Virus record (IMG/VR): IMGVR_UViG_3300030061_004427
Coordinates: 1-61,623 of that record
Reading direction: 5' to 3' (one strand)
DNA length: 61,623 bases
Origin: a virus
Taxonomy: Duplodnaviria > Caudoviricetes
The notes beneath the pieces were generated by a model, which saw only the letters and a program-made list of their open reading frames with translations, did no database searches and was not told the origin of the DNA. Below, piece by piece: positions 9,388-18,755 of the stretch; position 1 is the stretch's first letter, and each line of letters opens with the position of its first letter. The translations under genes were made by a program, and so were the position numbers.

Positions 9388-10077
9388 ATGAAGAAAACAT
9401 TATCTTTTCTCATTATGTCGGCTGTGTGTTTATTCACACAAAATGCGCAAGCAGAAGGCTTGTCGTTAACAGGTACACTTCAATACGAAACCGAGCATTA
9501 TGTTCGAGGCCTAAACTATTCTGATGACGCTCTTGGAGTTGGATTCAACGGTAGTTATGACCTCGGATGGGCAAATGCTTTTGGTGGGGTATACAACATT
9601 CCACGTCTTGGTGGATCTGATAGTATAAACCACTCAGTTTTAGGATTGGGTCGGTCTTATGATCTTTTTGGTCTAAAAATTGACGGTTCTGTAGAAGTGC
9701 AACATCATAACGCAGCAGTCAATAGTACAGAAGTTGGTCTAGGTGCTAATTTTACTAATTTACCTTTAATTAGTAAGTTTGCAACTGTTGGTTTAACCCT
9801 TTGGGATAACCAAGATCTAGATTATTCTGGTGTTACTATTGATATTGCGGGAGATGCTATCGATGTACCTTTTATCGATAGCTTAAGTTTTACACCTTAT
9901 GTAGAACTCGGTTCATTTGATTTACATGACTATCAAAAATTTGGTAGTTCTTTAAACTATGACGGGTTCGAAGTGTTAAAGCCTTATGTTAATGTTTTTT
10001 ATCTTGATAGCGATGATTCGCCTTTCGGAGATGAAGATGGTTGGACAACAACAGTCGGTGTGAGATACTCATTCTAA
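9388..10077 (+). CDS. outer-membrane beta-barrel protein (TorF/TIGR02001-like)
   Basis: Signal peptide ending AQA, Y..RG near the N-terminus, alternating beta-strand pattern, C-terminal GVRYSF; TAAATA at 9373. Confidence 0.75.
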   Translation: MKKTLSFLIMSAVCLFTQNAQAEGLSLTGTLQYETEHYVRGLNYSDDALGVGFNGSYDLGWANAFGGVYNIPRLGGSDSINHSVLGLGRSYDLFGLKIDGSVEVQHHNAAVNSTEVGLGANFTNLPLISKFATVGLTLWDNQDLDYSGVTIDIAGDAIDVPFIDSLSFTPYVELGSFDLHDYQKFGSSLNYDGFEVLKPYVNVFYLDSDDSPFGDEDGWTTTVGVRYSF

Positions 10078-10104
10078 AATAGAATAAAAAAATATGGGGA
10101 GTCA

Positions 10105-10132
10105 GGGGCTTGCGAAAGCAAGCCCTTTTTTT
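10105..10132 (+). terminator. intrinsic terminator
   Basis: GGGCTTGC-GAAA-GCAAGCCC followed by T7. Confidence 0.85.
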
Positions 10133-10434
10133 CATGGGTCGTGTTTTTGTCCTGGCTGTCTTGTTTCAGCAGGGGGGTTTGTATTTTTATAACCAGGAGG
10201 GCTTACAGATCTAGGAGGGGTTGGCCTACTAGGTGGTGGGTTATATGGTTTGGATGCTCTATCTCTTTCTCTATGATGTCTTCTTTTATAATTATGATTA
10301 TGGTAGTGGTGGGTATGATCATATATATAAAGAGTACTTTGGTTACGCCAGTGATCGTGAGGATGATATTCTACTGTTTCCCAACTACTACAACCTGTTA
10401 AAAAGATTACAGTAGATAAGGCAAGTATTTTCAT
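10132..10434 (-). CDS. His/Pro-rich lipoprotein
   Basis: MKILALSTVIFLTG-C lipobox. Confidence 0.7.
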   Translation of the reverse strand: MKILALSTVIFLTGCSSWETVEYHPHDHWRNQSTLYIYDHTHHYHNHNYKRRHHRERDRASKPYNPPPSRPTPPRSVSPPGYKNTNPPAETRQPGQKHDP

Positions 10435-10436
10435 GA

Positions 10437-10661
10437 TCAATTTTTAATTCGACGTCTTAAAAGAAGTGGATCAAAATTATCGTTGCTATCCCAAGCAAAA
10501 GGTTCCCATCCTTTGGGTATATTTTTGCCATTAGAAGTTTTGAATTCCCACTCCTGATTTGCATCCCAAGTAGATGGGTTAATTGAGGCACCTGTACCGA
10601 GTACTATAGTAGCGGTCAACAACGCACCAATAGTAAATGATTTCCAGTCTAGTATTTTCAT
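10437..10661 (-). CDS. small secreted or membrane-anchored protein
   Basis: N-terminal hydrophobic segment DWKSFTIGALLTATIVLGTGA; GWEPF motif. Confidence 0.65.
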   Translation of the reverse strand: MKILDWKSFTIGALLTATIVLGTGASINPSTWDANQEWEFKTSNGKNIPKGWEPFAWDSNDNFDPLLLRRRIKN

Positions 10662-10972
10662 TGTTGTAAATCTTTTATTTTACGGGTTAACATCTTTTGA
10701 TATTTTGCAACCGTACCGTAATTATCGATTGCATGTCTTTTATCTGGATTTGCTCTTAATGCTTTTAAGCTTTCGATATCTTTTTGTTTATCAGTATGCT
10801 CTTCACCTTCTTCTCCAGGAATAGCTTCATCTGTGTCTGCAACCGAACCATCATAAGTATCGTTTTCTGGATCTAATGTATCCCCATGTTGATTCTGGGT
10901 TTGCATATTAAGAACACCTCGATTGTATTCTTTTAACAAGCTTTTTATTTTATCATTGAATGTAACTTTCAT
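10658..10972 (-). CDS. hypothetical protein with CTS-like N-terminus
   Basis: Starts MKVTFNDKIKSLLKE; overlaps the next gene (ATGA). Confidence 0.65.
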   Translation of the reverse strand: MKVTFNDKIKSLLKEYNRGVLNMQTQNQHGDTLDPENDTYDGSVADTDEAIPGEEGEEHTDKQKDIESLKALRANPDKRHAIDNYGTVAKYQKMLTRKIKDLQQ

Positions 10973-11072
10973 TTCTTATTCAGAGCATATAGTTTCCCTT
11001 GCGTCTCCGTTTGTCTCCCTTACCGCAAAGATATTTTACATATCTCATATAGACATCTCGAAAACATGTAAT

Positions 11073-11085
11073 TATTTATTAAATA
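11073..11085. promoter_or_regulatory. back-to-back divergent late-type promoters
   Basis: TATTTA (11073-78) and TAAATA (11080-85), each 5 nt from an ATG (11067 minus, 11091 plus). Confidence 0.6.
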
Positions 11086-11090
11086 TTGTT

Positions 11091-11480
11091 ATGAATCGAG
11101 ACGTTCGCAATTTACAAAAACTTATGGAATCAGGAGCTCTTGCTTTTAATATGGGTCCACAAGCTGGAGACTTTGCAGATTACCCACAATCTAATACTAC
11201 AGTTTTAAAATCTCCCGCTAGAGATACCATCTATAAAGTAGTAGATAAACAACTTAAAAGTGCTGAAGGGTTTCTTACAGCAGCAAGGAAAGAAGACATT
11301 GCATCAGCTATAGGTGATGTTAAAGATTCTATATATGTAAAACTCGATCCTTATATAGCAGAAATTAATAAGTTGGGTATGGAAGATGAGATAGATGAAT
11401 ATATTGATAAGACAATAAAAATGATGAAAGGGCCGAGAATGAAAAACCCTACGAGACCATCAGGCAATTTAGAAGATTAA
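11091..11480 (+). CDS. hypothetical late protein
   Basis: Start moved to ATG 11091 (TAAATA-N5-ATG); MNRDVRNLQKLMES. Confidence 0.65.
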   Translation: MNRDVRNLQKLMESGALAFNMGPQAGDFADYPQSNTTVLKSPARDTIYKVVDKQLKSAEGFLTAARKEDIASAIGDVKDSIYVKLDPYIAEINKLGMEDEIDEYIDKTIKMMKGPRMKNPTRPSGNLED

Positions 11481-12124
11481 GGATCGAAAGTATATTTAAA
11501 TTTTTTTATTTCGTTTTTAGCCTTAGCAGCAACCATTTGTTTTGATTCTTCATCATACCACTCTCTATAATCATTTGGGTATTTAAAATTGAATACGTTT
11601 TTATGTTCTTTAGAACTATTGTCGTTAGGTAGTATATATTTGTTGTAATTAAATTTTTTACATAAAGTATTCCAACATTTTTGTAAATCTTCAAATTTAA
11701 ACCATTTATTATTTTTAAACTCCGGGTCATTAAAAGTATACACCTCTTGTGGTTCATAAAATTCTTCCAAAAACCACTTAAAATTTTCCCAGTCTTGTTT
11801 TTGTGTTCTTATATCAAGTTTAGAAAATTTATCGATATGTAACCAATGAAAATAATAACTTAAAGCATGTGACCACGGGTTTCTAACAAAACAAAATTTA
11901 AAATAACTTTTTAGCTTCTCGTATTCATCTTTTGTATTTTTATCTGTTTTAAGCATCGAATAGTTACCATGCATTCCAAGATAAAAATGCCAATATTCTT
12001 TTTTGATATTTTCGGGTGATCTATCTTTTAATCTTTCGTGTCTCCCCAGTGCTAAATGAATTGCAGATCCCCCTGTTTTAGGTACATGATAAAAAAGAGC
12101 TTTGTGGTGATGGTTAACGTTCAC
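11477..12124 (-). CDS. sulfotransferase family 2 protein
   Basis: FYHVPKTGGSAI, FVRNPW...SYY, KFEDL, YREWYD, E...F.Y.F. Confidence 0.85.
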   Translation of the reverse strand: MNVNHHHKALFYHVPKTGGSAIHLALGRHERLKDRSPENIKKEYWHFYLGMHGNYSMLKTDKNTKDEYEKLKSYFKFCFVRNPWSHALSYYFHWLHIDKFSKLDIRTQKQDWENFKWFLEEFYEPQEVYTFNDPEFKNNKWFKFEDLQKCWNTLCKKFNYNKYILPNDNSSKEHKNVFNFKYPNDYREWYDEESKQMVAAKAKNEIKKFKYTFDP

Positions 12125-12127
12125 ACC

Positions 12128-12757
12128 CTAATTTATAGACGAGGGAAGGTTTGTCAATAAACTGTAAACCTCGTCAACTACCGTTTTATTATCACGCAAT
12201 CTATCTGGTATATATGGTAATAAATCTTCAACGGATAAATTATCTAATTTGTTTCTTATGTCTGATGCGCTTAACGGGTTATCACCACCAACAGTCGAAA
12301 ATACATCGATATCAAACTCTACACCTTCTGGGGCATACTTAGCAGCATTTTTATATCTTGCAGCATCCTCACCTTTACCACCAACACCTAAAATAACTTT
12401 ATCACCAGGTTGTGTTCTTTCTGCAAAATAATCATAAACAAATTTTACAGGACCTGGGTCTGTTAAAAATGTAATGTTTCTAATATTTTCATTTTCAGCG
12501 TATATTTCAAATATTTTCTTAGCAGTATCTGCAGGTATATATTTTCCTGAATCTGTAGTTCTAATACTTTTTGGATTTTGTGGGTCGCTAATTACAACAA
12601 TTACTCTGTCTGCTTTATCAGCGTAATTTTTAAACATTTCAAAGTGACCTTTATGTGGTGGTTTAAAACTACCCGGAACTAAAGCAACAGTCCTAAAGTT
12701 TACATCTTTATCTGGTATATCTTGTTCACCTAAAAAGAACTGTTTAAATGTTTTCAT
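12128..12757 (-). CDS. HxGH (HIGH-superfamily) nucleotidyltransferase with CTS-like N-terminus
   Basis: PGSFKPPHKGH, SASDIR; starts MKTFKQFFLGE. Confidence 0.85.
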   Translation of the reverse strand: MKTFKQFFLGEQDIPDKDVNFRTVALVPGSFKPPHKGHFEMFKNYADKADRVIVVISDPQNPKSIRTTDSGKYIPADTAKKIFEIYAENENIRNITFLTDPGPVKFVYDYFAERTQPGDKVILGVGGKGEDAARYKNAAKYAPEGVEFDIDVFSTVGGDNPLSASDIRNKLDNLSVEDLLPYIPDRLRDNKTVVDEVYSLLTNLPSSIN

Positions 12758-14049
12758 CCTACATTATTTAAGCCTTTGTAGTATTGCTTATACCGCAGCT
12801 TAAATCTCTTGTCAAAGAGTTTAAGGAATTCCTGAATATAATCAACAAACATTTCACCCCTTGCCCCTCTAGCTATATGTTCGGGATTAGCAGCTTCTTT
12901 AAAAATAGCAAAATCTGGAATTAATGGGAGATAATTCAACCAATCTTCTAAGTCATCACCAAAAAGCATATCATATAAAAAGAATTCTATATTATAAAAC
13001 TTTTGTAGAAGGTTAATAAAGAATTGATATCTTATCATCTTCATAGTTCTTTTGTCATTATCATAGACATGGTCCATATATTCTTCATATGCTAATTCTA
13101 TAGCCTTTTTAGTTTGTTTTCTTTCTTCGTCTGTCGGGGCTAATGAATATGGTATCTGTTTCCAATATCTTGTTCTCCATAAGTGAATATTATTGTTTTG
13201 AATTATATTATCTGGAGCTCTAGTTATCTTTATAGACGGTACCCCATTAACACTAAACTCTGAATCTCTTATTGTTGAAAAAACCAACCCATCTAACGAA
13301 ATACCTATACCCTTTTTATCTAAGATTAAATCTGTTAAATTTTGATTTTCGTATGTAATGAAATCGACGCTTAATTTCCTGCTTTTATTAATAGCATCAA
13401 AAACAATAGGCCTATTACTTGTGCTAGCACCACCATAAAAAACAAACTTACCTGATTTAAGTTTCTTTTTTGCTTTTTTTCTTTTTTCAATTTGTAATTC
13501 CGGGGTCTGGTGTCTTAAAGCGTAAAGTTTGTGGAAACTCTCACACATAAATCCTTGTTTACAAAATTTCATATTATTAAACTTAGGAAAATACTTTTCG
13601 TCGCTTTCCGGTACGGCATGTCCAACAGTATGAAAAACCATATGATTATAATCTATATCGTCAGTGTACATCCATGGGGGTTCTACATATATTTCTCCGT
13701 GGTAAAAATTTTCTTCTTTTTGAAAGTATACTATTATATTAGTTTCATCGAAACCATATTCTCTTAATTCTGTTTCTATTTTGCCTTTAAAATGAGGGTA
13801 GGTACCGTTTACATAACATTCCGGTATTACAATTTGTTTGGGTTTTAGTCTTTCTAACTCTTTAAAAAAGAAATACCAATCAATATCATGAATTTTGCCA
13901 CCTAACTCGGGTGAAATATAACCACCCATTTTATGTTCATAAACTATAGGGCCTTCTTCAGTTAAAAGATAAACTGTATCGTAATTGAATATAGTGCAAT
14001 CCGGTGAATGGAATTCACCCACTCTTGGGTGATATTTGACGAACCCCAT
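12754..14049 (-). CDS. putative GT-B glycosyltransferase-like protein
   Basis: FVFYGG...R and ISLDG....RDSE...G.P resemble GT47/GT90-like C-terminal domains. Confidence 0.4.
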   Translation of the reverse strand: MGFVKYHPRVGEFHSPDCTIFNYDTVYLLTEEGPIVYEHKMGGYISPELGGKIHDIDWYFFFKELERLKPKQIVIPECYVNGTYPHFKGKIETELREYGFDETNIIVYFQKEENFYHGEIYVEPPWMYTDDIDYNHMVFHTVGHAVPESDEKYFPKFNNMKFCKQGFMCESFHKLYALRHQTPELQIEKRKKAKKKLKSGKFVFYGGASTSNRPIVFDAINKSRKLSVDFITYENQNLTDLILDKKGIGISLDGLVFSTIRDSEFSVNGVPSIKITRAPDNIIQNNNIHLWRTRYWKQIPYSLAPTDEERKQTKKAIELAYEEYMDHVYDNDKRTMKMIRYQFFINLLQKFYNIEFFLYDMLFGDDLEDWLNYLPLIPDFAIFKEAANPEHIARGARGEMFVDYIQEFLKLFDKRFKLRYKQYYKGLNNVG

Positions 14050-14063
14050 GTTATTAGTTATTG

Positions 14064-15416
14064 TTATCTTCGAGCATTACCACCGGTGGCTCGACCAGGT
14101 CCGGGGTATTTAGAATAAGGGGTTCCACCTGGGTCTTTAGAACTTGCTGCATAATTGGTAGCTTGAGCATTTGGGTATTCCATTCTACCATTACCATAAT
14201 TTACACTTGGTGCTGATTGATCATCTTCGTCAGTAGATCTAAATCTACTAGTCATCCCATCTATAATAAATTTACCCGTTATTTTATACATTGGAGACCC
14301 CGATATTCTTGAATCTTGTACTACAATACCTTCATGATCATTAGCAGCACCTAAAACTGATTTATAATTTGATAAAAGTTCGTCTCCTAATTTAATAGTT
14401 GCATGATATAGTAATGCACCATCAACTGCTTGTTGCATATCAGACTCTGAATAGTATTGATCTAAAGGTTGTTCACTTAAAACATTAAGATAATTTTGCT
14501 TACTTACTGCTCCAATTCTTTTACCTTCATTAGTGGTTAACATATAACCAAAAGGATTAATTGCACTACCTAACCAATTACCTAAAGGTTGAGTATTTTC
14601 TTCCTCGTTTGTAAAATTTATAGTAAATGGCTCAGATAGTACCTTTTTAAAATTTGGATGACCAGTAGTCTCTACGTCAGCTCTCGTAATAACATCAAAC
14701 TTATAATGTTCTGCAATTGGTTCTACTATCTTAGCAAGTTCATCAAGTGCATCTTGGCTGTAATTTACTGGTTTTGAAGAGCCTTTTTCTAATTGTTCTT
14801 TTCCAGTAACTTGATTAGTTGTGGTTTGTCTTTGTATTCCGGGTCTTACTAATTGACCTTGTCTATTATATTTTTCTAAAAATTGATTAATACCATGTAA
14901 AGCTAAAAAGTCCTGGTCACCATAATCAATAACGTTTGTGTGTCCTTGAACAAATTCAGCGTTTATAAATTTTGTTGGATCATTCCATAACCCCAATTCT
15001 TCTAACTGCGGTCTAATAAGAGGTAAAGCTTCATTGAAAATGCTTAAAATTATTCTACCACTGTTTACCATACCGTGAGGTGAACCATCTTTAGTAACAA
15101 ATCTATCTTCTAATCTATCAACGGTTACACCATTAACATCTAATTCAGACATTGAACCTCTATCTAAAGCAAATTGTTTTTGTCCTTGTTCGTTTTCAAT
15201 TAGTTTAATACTTACATTTGTTCCGTCGATCTTTATGGCACCACCGTCTTTGTTTAATACATCAACGGTATCATCAAACTTTCTTATTAAATCATTTCCT
15301 GTTTTTACATCTGGAAGATCAAACGGGTGTGCCATATGACCAGCGGCACCGCCTTCGTTTAAAAGAATATTACTTTTATAACTTTCAAATATTATTTCAT
15401 GTTCAAAGTAGCTCAT
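14064..15416 (-). CDS. DUF6267-like protein with ATP-dependent ligase/nucleotidyltransferase motifs
   Basis: EGGAAGHMAHPFD, KIDGTN (KxDG), NAEFV, HEGIVV, YKITGKF. Confidence 0.7.
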   Translation of the reverse strand: MSYFEHEIIFESYKSNILLNEGGAAGHMAHPFDLPDVKTGNDLIRKFDDTVDVLNKDGGAIKIDGTNVSIKLIENEQGQKQFALDRGSMSELDVNGVTVDRLEDRFVTKDGSPHGMVNSGRIILSIFNEALPLIRPQLEELGLWNDPTKFINAEFVQGHTNVIDYGDQDFLALHGINQFLEKYNRQGQLVRPGIQRQTTTNQVTGKEQLEKGSSKPVNYSQDALDELAKIVEPIAEHYKFDVITRADVETTGHPNFKKVLSEPFTINFTNEEENTQPLGNWLGSAINPFGYMLTTNEGKRIGAVSKQNYLNVLSEQPLDQYYSESDMQQAVDGALLYHATIKLGDELLSNYKSVLGAANDHEGIVVQDSRISGSPMYKITGKFIIDGMTSRFRSTDEDDQSAPSVNYGNGRMEYPNAQATNYAASSKDPGGTPYSKYPGPGRATGGNARR

Positions 15417-16930
15417 GCTTTTAGTGATAGTGGTATTCCTTTCGACATTTGATCATCGAGTCCAAGAGATATTCCTAACTTCGACCCTAGAGCACCTATT
15501 TCCTCAAAGATTGAAGGTATATCTTCTACTAAATTATTTGTAAATTGAAAGGTGTAACAATTAAGAGTTTTGTCGTTCATATAGACTAGATATTTAAATT
15601 GGTGGTGCTGAGCATATGTAGTCAAATGTAAAGTTGCAATTATTTTCTTAAGAGTGTTTTGATCATTATCAAACATTAATTTATCAATTGCATCATCTTG
15701 TAATATAGAATTAAGAGCGATTTTAACATCGTTCATACTGTTATCACTTAAATCATGATTAACCATTAGAGTCAAAGAATCAATATATTCATCTCTTGAC
15801 AAACCATAATCATTTAGATATCCATTTTGAACTACTTGATTCCATGTTGGATTATCTTTTTTGGTTAATACTCTATTATCTTTTGCATCAATATAAGTTT
15901 GTAGAGCATCAACATATTTGTTTAAATGATTTTCTATAGAAGTAGCCGTTCTTTTATCATATCGTTTTGGATCGTACAAATCATTTTGTATTTTTGATAC
16001 AAATCTCATTAATGATTCTTGATGCATATCATTTCTTGTATCAGATATAGCACCTATAGATTCTATTGCGCCTTCAAGTTGGTTATCAAATTGATCAATA
16101 TCCTGATTATGTAATTTATCAATTAGTTTTTTAATTGGTATTAATAATTTTTCTCTTGCACCTATAACCTTTTTATGAGCTGATTGAATACCTTGCCCTG
16201 TATGAATTGATTTACCTTTATCTAATAAAAATTCTGGTAGTTTAGTCCTTGCTTGAAAAGCTCTATCTTGTGAACCCGGTCTACCATCTAGACCTTTTAA
16301 TTCTACCTCACCTAGTGATGGAAAATCTAAATCTCCAGATTCACCTTTTATACCATTTGAAAACATTGTCATTAATAATTCGCCTTTACCAACTCCAACA
16401 TTGTTTATTTTGAAACTATAATTGTATAATGAATGCATTAGTTCCTCAACATTAGAAAAACACGCCCCTACTACTGGAGCTAATACAGCACCTAAATTCC
16501 AAATACCTGCTTCACCAATTTGTGAACCATTCTCTTGAATTGCATTTTCTAATCCTGGTAACCCAAGCCTAGCTACTTTTTCTTGAGCTAGTATGGATAT
16601 TGCCTCACCGTCTGTATCTGATTTATTATGAATAATATGAATAACGGTTTCTAATAAATCTTTATATTCTTTATTACTTTGATCCCATTTTGATGCTCTT
16701 AAAATAGTATCCACATCTTTTGTCCATCCATCAGTTCCTTTACTTGATATTTGTCTTTTTAAAACTTTAAAATAAGCATCGTCTACTGTTCCTATTTTTT
16801 CTGGATCACCAATACCATCAACATCAGCAAATATAGCAACGTTTTCTCTTATTGCACGTCTTGGTACTTTCGGTACCGGCTTATAAGCAATGGCACTATA
16901 AACTTCATCTAGTGGTATATATTTTTTCAT
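15413..16930 (-). CDS. PD-(D/E)xK nuclease-like protein
   Basis: GVGKGE.LM...GDLD....EVELKG. Confidence 0.55.
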   Translation of the reverse strand: MKKYIPLDEVYSAIAYKPVPKVPRRAIRENVAIFADVDGIGDPEKIGTVDDAYFKVLKRQISSKGTDGWTKDVDTILRASKWDQSNKEYKDLLETVIHIIHNKSDTDGEAISILAQEKVARLGLPGLENAIQENGSQIGEAGIWNLGAVLAPVVGACFSNVEELMHSLYNYSFKINNVGVGKGELLMTMFSNGIKGESGDLDFPSLGEVELKGLDGRPGSQDRAFQARTKLPEFLLDKGKSIHTGQGIQSAHKKVIGAREKLLIPIKKLIDKLHNQDIDQFDNQLEGAIESIGAISDTRNDMHQESLMRFVSKIQNDLYDPKRYDKRTATSIENHLNKYVDALQTYIDAKDNRVLTKKDNPTWNQVVQNGYLNDYGLSRDEYIDSLTLMVNHDLSDNSMNDVKIALNSILQDDAIDKLMFDNDQNTLKKIIATLHLTTYAQHHQFKYLVYMNDKTLNCYTFQFTNNLVEDIPSIFEEIGALGSKLGISLGLDDQMSKGIPLSLKA

Positions 16931-17286
16931 TAATAGTTAATATCAGGATCGTCAGTATATGTGTTCAAATAAGTTCTTATTTTTGATAGCATTTGCCGTC
17001 CATTATTTTCATTAATCTCCGTATCAAGCAATTCTGGAGGTATGGTACCCTCAGTCGGGTTAACGACTAAAGCTTTCAAAATTAAACGAATGAGTTCAAC
17101 TTCACCTTCTGAAGTGAGTTTTTGAAATTCTGGTTCTGGTTCTGTAATAGTTTCTGTTTGTTGAACATCTACTACTTCTTCGCCAGGTACAGGTGCTAAG
17201 GGTGGTTCCATTGGAGGTACCTGCTCATTTAACACACCGTGTTTATTTTTTATTATTTTGAAAAATTTACTTCTTAATGTAATCAT
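16930..17286 (-). CDS. hypothetical protein with CTS-like N-terminus
   Basis: SKFFKII...VLNE; translationally coupled within the operon. Confidence 0.65.
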   Translation of the reverse strand: MITLRSKFFKIIKNKHGVLNEQVPPMEPPLAPVPGEEVVDVQQTETITEPEPEFQKLTSEGEVELIRLILKALVVNPTEGTIPPELLDTEINENNGRQMLSKIRTYLNTYTDDPDINY

Positions 17287-17726
17287 GACAATTTACTTGT
17301 TACGTCCCTTATTTTATTAACTACTTTACCATGAAGATCTTGAGTAGCTTGAGCAACCTCAGGAGACTTTAATTGCTTACCTAAAGATAATGCCTTTTGT
17401 AAATCAGATGTATTTACATCATCAAAAGCTTCATTTCCAGCTTCAGTTTCATCAGTACCACCTTCCATATCTTCATATTCTTCATCAGTACCACCTAATT
17501 CCGGTGTATTAATACCTGCTTCTCTTGCTAATGCCGCAAGCTCCATGTAATTATCATGGTAGATTCCCATTAGTTGCTCATTTTCGCCGTATGAAGTGGT
17601 TCCTAAAGCATCATATGCTACTTTGATTGCTCTTTTTAAAACTTCCGCCGGTACTTGAACGTGGCGCGCTTCTTCTGATACAAGATATGTATTATAACCT
17701 TCTCGTATTGCATTATCGAACTTCAT
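17283..17726 (-). CDS. acidic hypothetical late protein
   Basis: TAAATA (17733-38)-N6-ATG; MKFDNAIREGY..LVSE. Confidence 0.65.
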   Translation of the reverse strand: MKFDNAIREGYNTYLVSEEARHVQVPAEVLKRAIKVAYDALGTTSYGENEQLMGIYHDNYMELAALAREAGINTPELGGTDEEYEDMEGGTDETEAGNEAFDDVNTSDLQKALSLGKQLKSPEVAQATQDLHGKVVNKIRDVTSKLS

Positions 17727-17735
17727 TTTATATAT

Positions 17736-18305
17736 TTATTTGAAAATCAATTGTTTTGTCTTGATATTGTCAAAATATTCGTTTGAAAGAAAATTTAATT
17801 CATATTTAGTTGCAAATTTTTTAACTTTTTCAAATGTAAAGTTTTCTATTTTAAATTTAGATAGTGTTGAATTAATTTTCATAACTGTGCCTTTAGCTCT
17901 TCCATCGTTTAACTTTACAAGCTCTTTAAAGTAAGGTAAGCTCCTCATCGATATCACAACTTTTATAGGTAAAACACTTCTTAATTTCAATAACAATTTT
18001 GTAAGAATATCTAGATAGCTTTGTTCACTAACGTAATTTAATATTTCACTTTCATAAAACTGTGTATTATTGAAATAAACTATTACCTTGTTATTGGTTT
18101 TAATTTTATTGATATAATCTACTGTACCTTTAATTGAATGATGAAAGAATAATTTTTTAATATCTTTATTTTGAAATCCTTTTTCTTTAAATGTATCTAT
18201 CAATAAACTATTATGAATTTCATCTAATAAATCTTTATCGAACTTTTTATGAATGTCTTGAAAGTCGATAAGAGTTATATTGTATTGTGAAAGATTAAAT
18301 CTCAC
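17736..18305 (-). CDS. hypothetical protein, possibly a degenerate T4 RNase H/FEN-like fold
   Basis: LIDFQDI...KKLFFHHSIK...KVIVYFN; TTGATA-N17-TATAAT-N6-GTG upstream. Confidence 0.55.
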   Translation of the reverse strand: MRFNLSQYNITLIDFQDIHKKFDKDLLDEIHNSLLIDTFKEKGFQNKDIKKLFFHHSIKGTVDYINKIKTNNKVIVYFNNTQFYESEILNYVSEQSYLDILTKLLLKLRSVLPIKVVISMRSLPYFKELVKLNDGRAKGTVMKINSTLSKFKIENFTFEKVKKFATKYELNFLSNEYFDNIKTKQLIFK

Positions 18306-18336
18306 TCAAACATTATAAATTGTAGATTGTAAATTA

Positions 18337-18747
18337 TCAACTCTTTTTTATTTTACCCAATCTTAAATTAATTATACCGTTGTAATAATTTTCATTTAAT
18401 AATACATCATGATCAAATTGCATTTTGGCTTCATAATAAGCTAACTCACTTTTGCTTTGACAAAATCTTATTATTTCAAATTTAAATTTATCTTTCCCCA
18501 ATGTATTAATATCTTCGTTTAATTTGTCTGAAGAACCTGTATATGTTTTCCAATCTGTTTCTTTTACAACGTGCCTTTTATTTTTTCTACCCTTAAGAGG
18601 AGGACGTTTTAATATAGTTGATGATTGTTTCTTACCGATATATTTTCTACTATTTGTTGTATTTGTAATTATGTAAATAAAACCGTAGAATGTGTTCGGT
18701 ATCTCTTTCTCTTCGAGATTATAAGTCCAATGACCGTAGTTATCCAC
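18337..18747 (-). CDS. short GIY-YIG (Seg-like) endonuclease domain protein
   Basis: YGFIYIITN...KYIGKK, DWKTYTGSS, E....F, YYNG. Confidence 0.85.
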   Translation of the reverse strand: MDNYGHWTYNLEEKEIPNTFYGFIYIITNTTNSRKYIGKKQSSTILKRPPLKGRKNKRHVVKETDWKTYTGSSDKLNEDINTLGKDKFKFEIIRFCQSKSELAYYEAKMQFDHDVLLNENYYNGIINLRLGKIKKS

Positions 18748-18755
18748 CAAATAAT

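Noticed and set aside
10975-11070. Hammerhead ribozyme in the structured gap
   Set aside because: No CUGANGA core was found on either strand
12754-14049. DpdA/TGT transglycosylase completing the deazaguanine pathway
   Set aside because: No DSG or TGT-barrel motifs; the sequence looks more like a GT-B glycosyltransferase
18337-18747. Mobile homing endonuclease
   Set aside because: Only the short catalytic GIY-YIG domain is present, with no DNA-binding extension or interrupted host gene; more likely a resident phage gene
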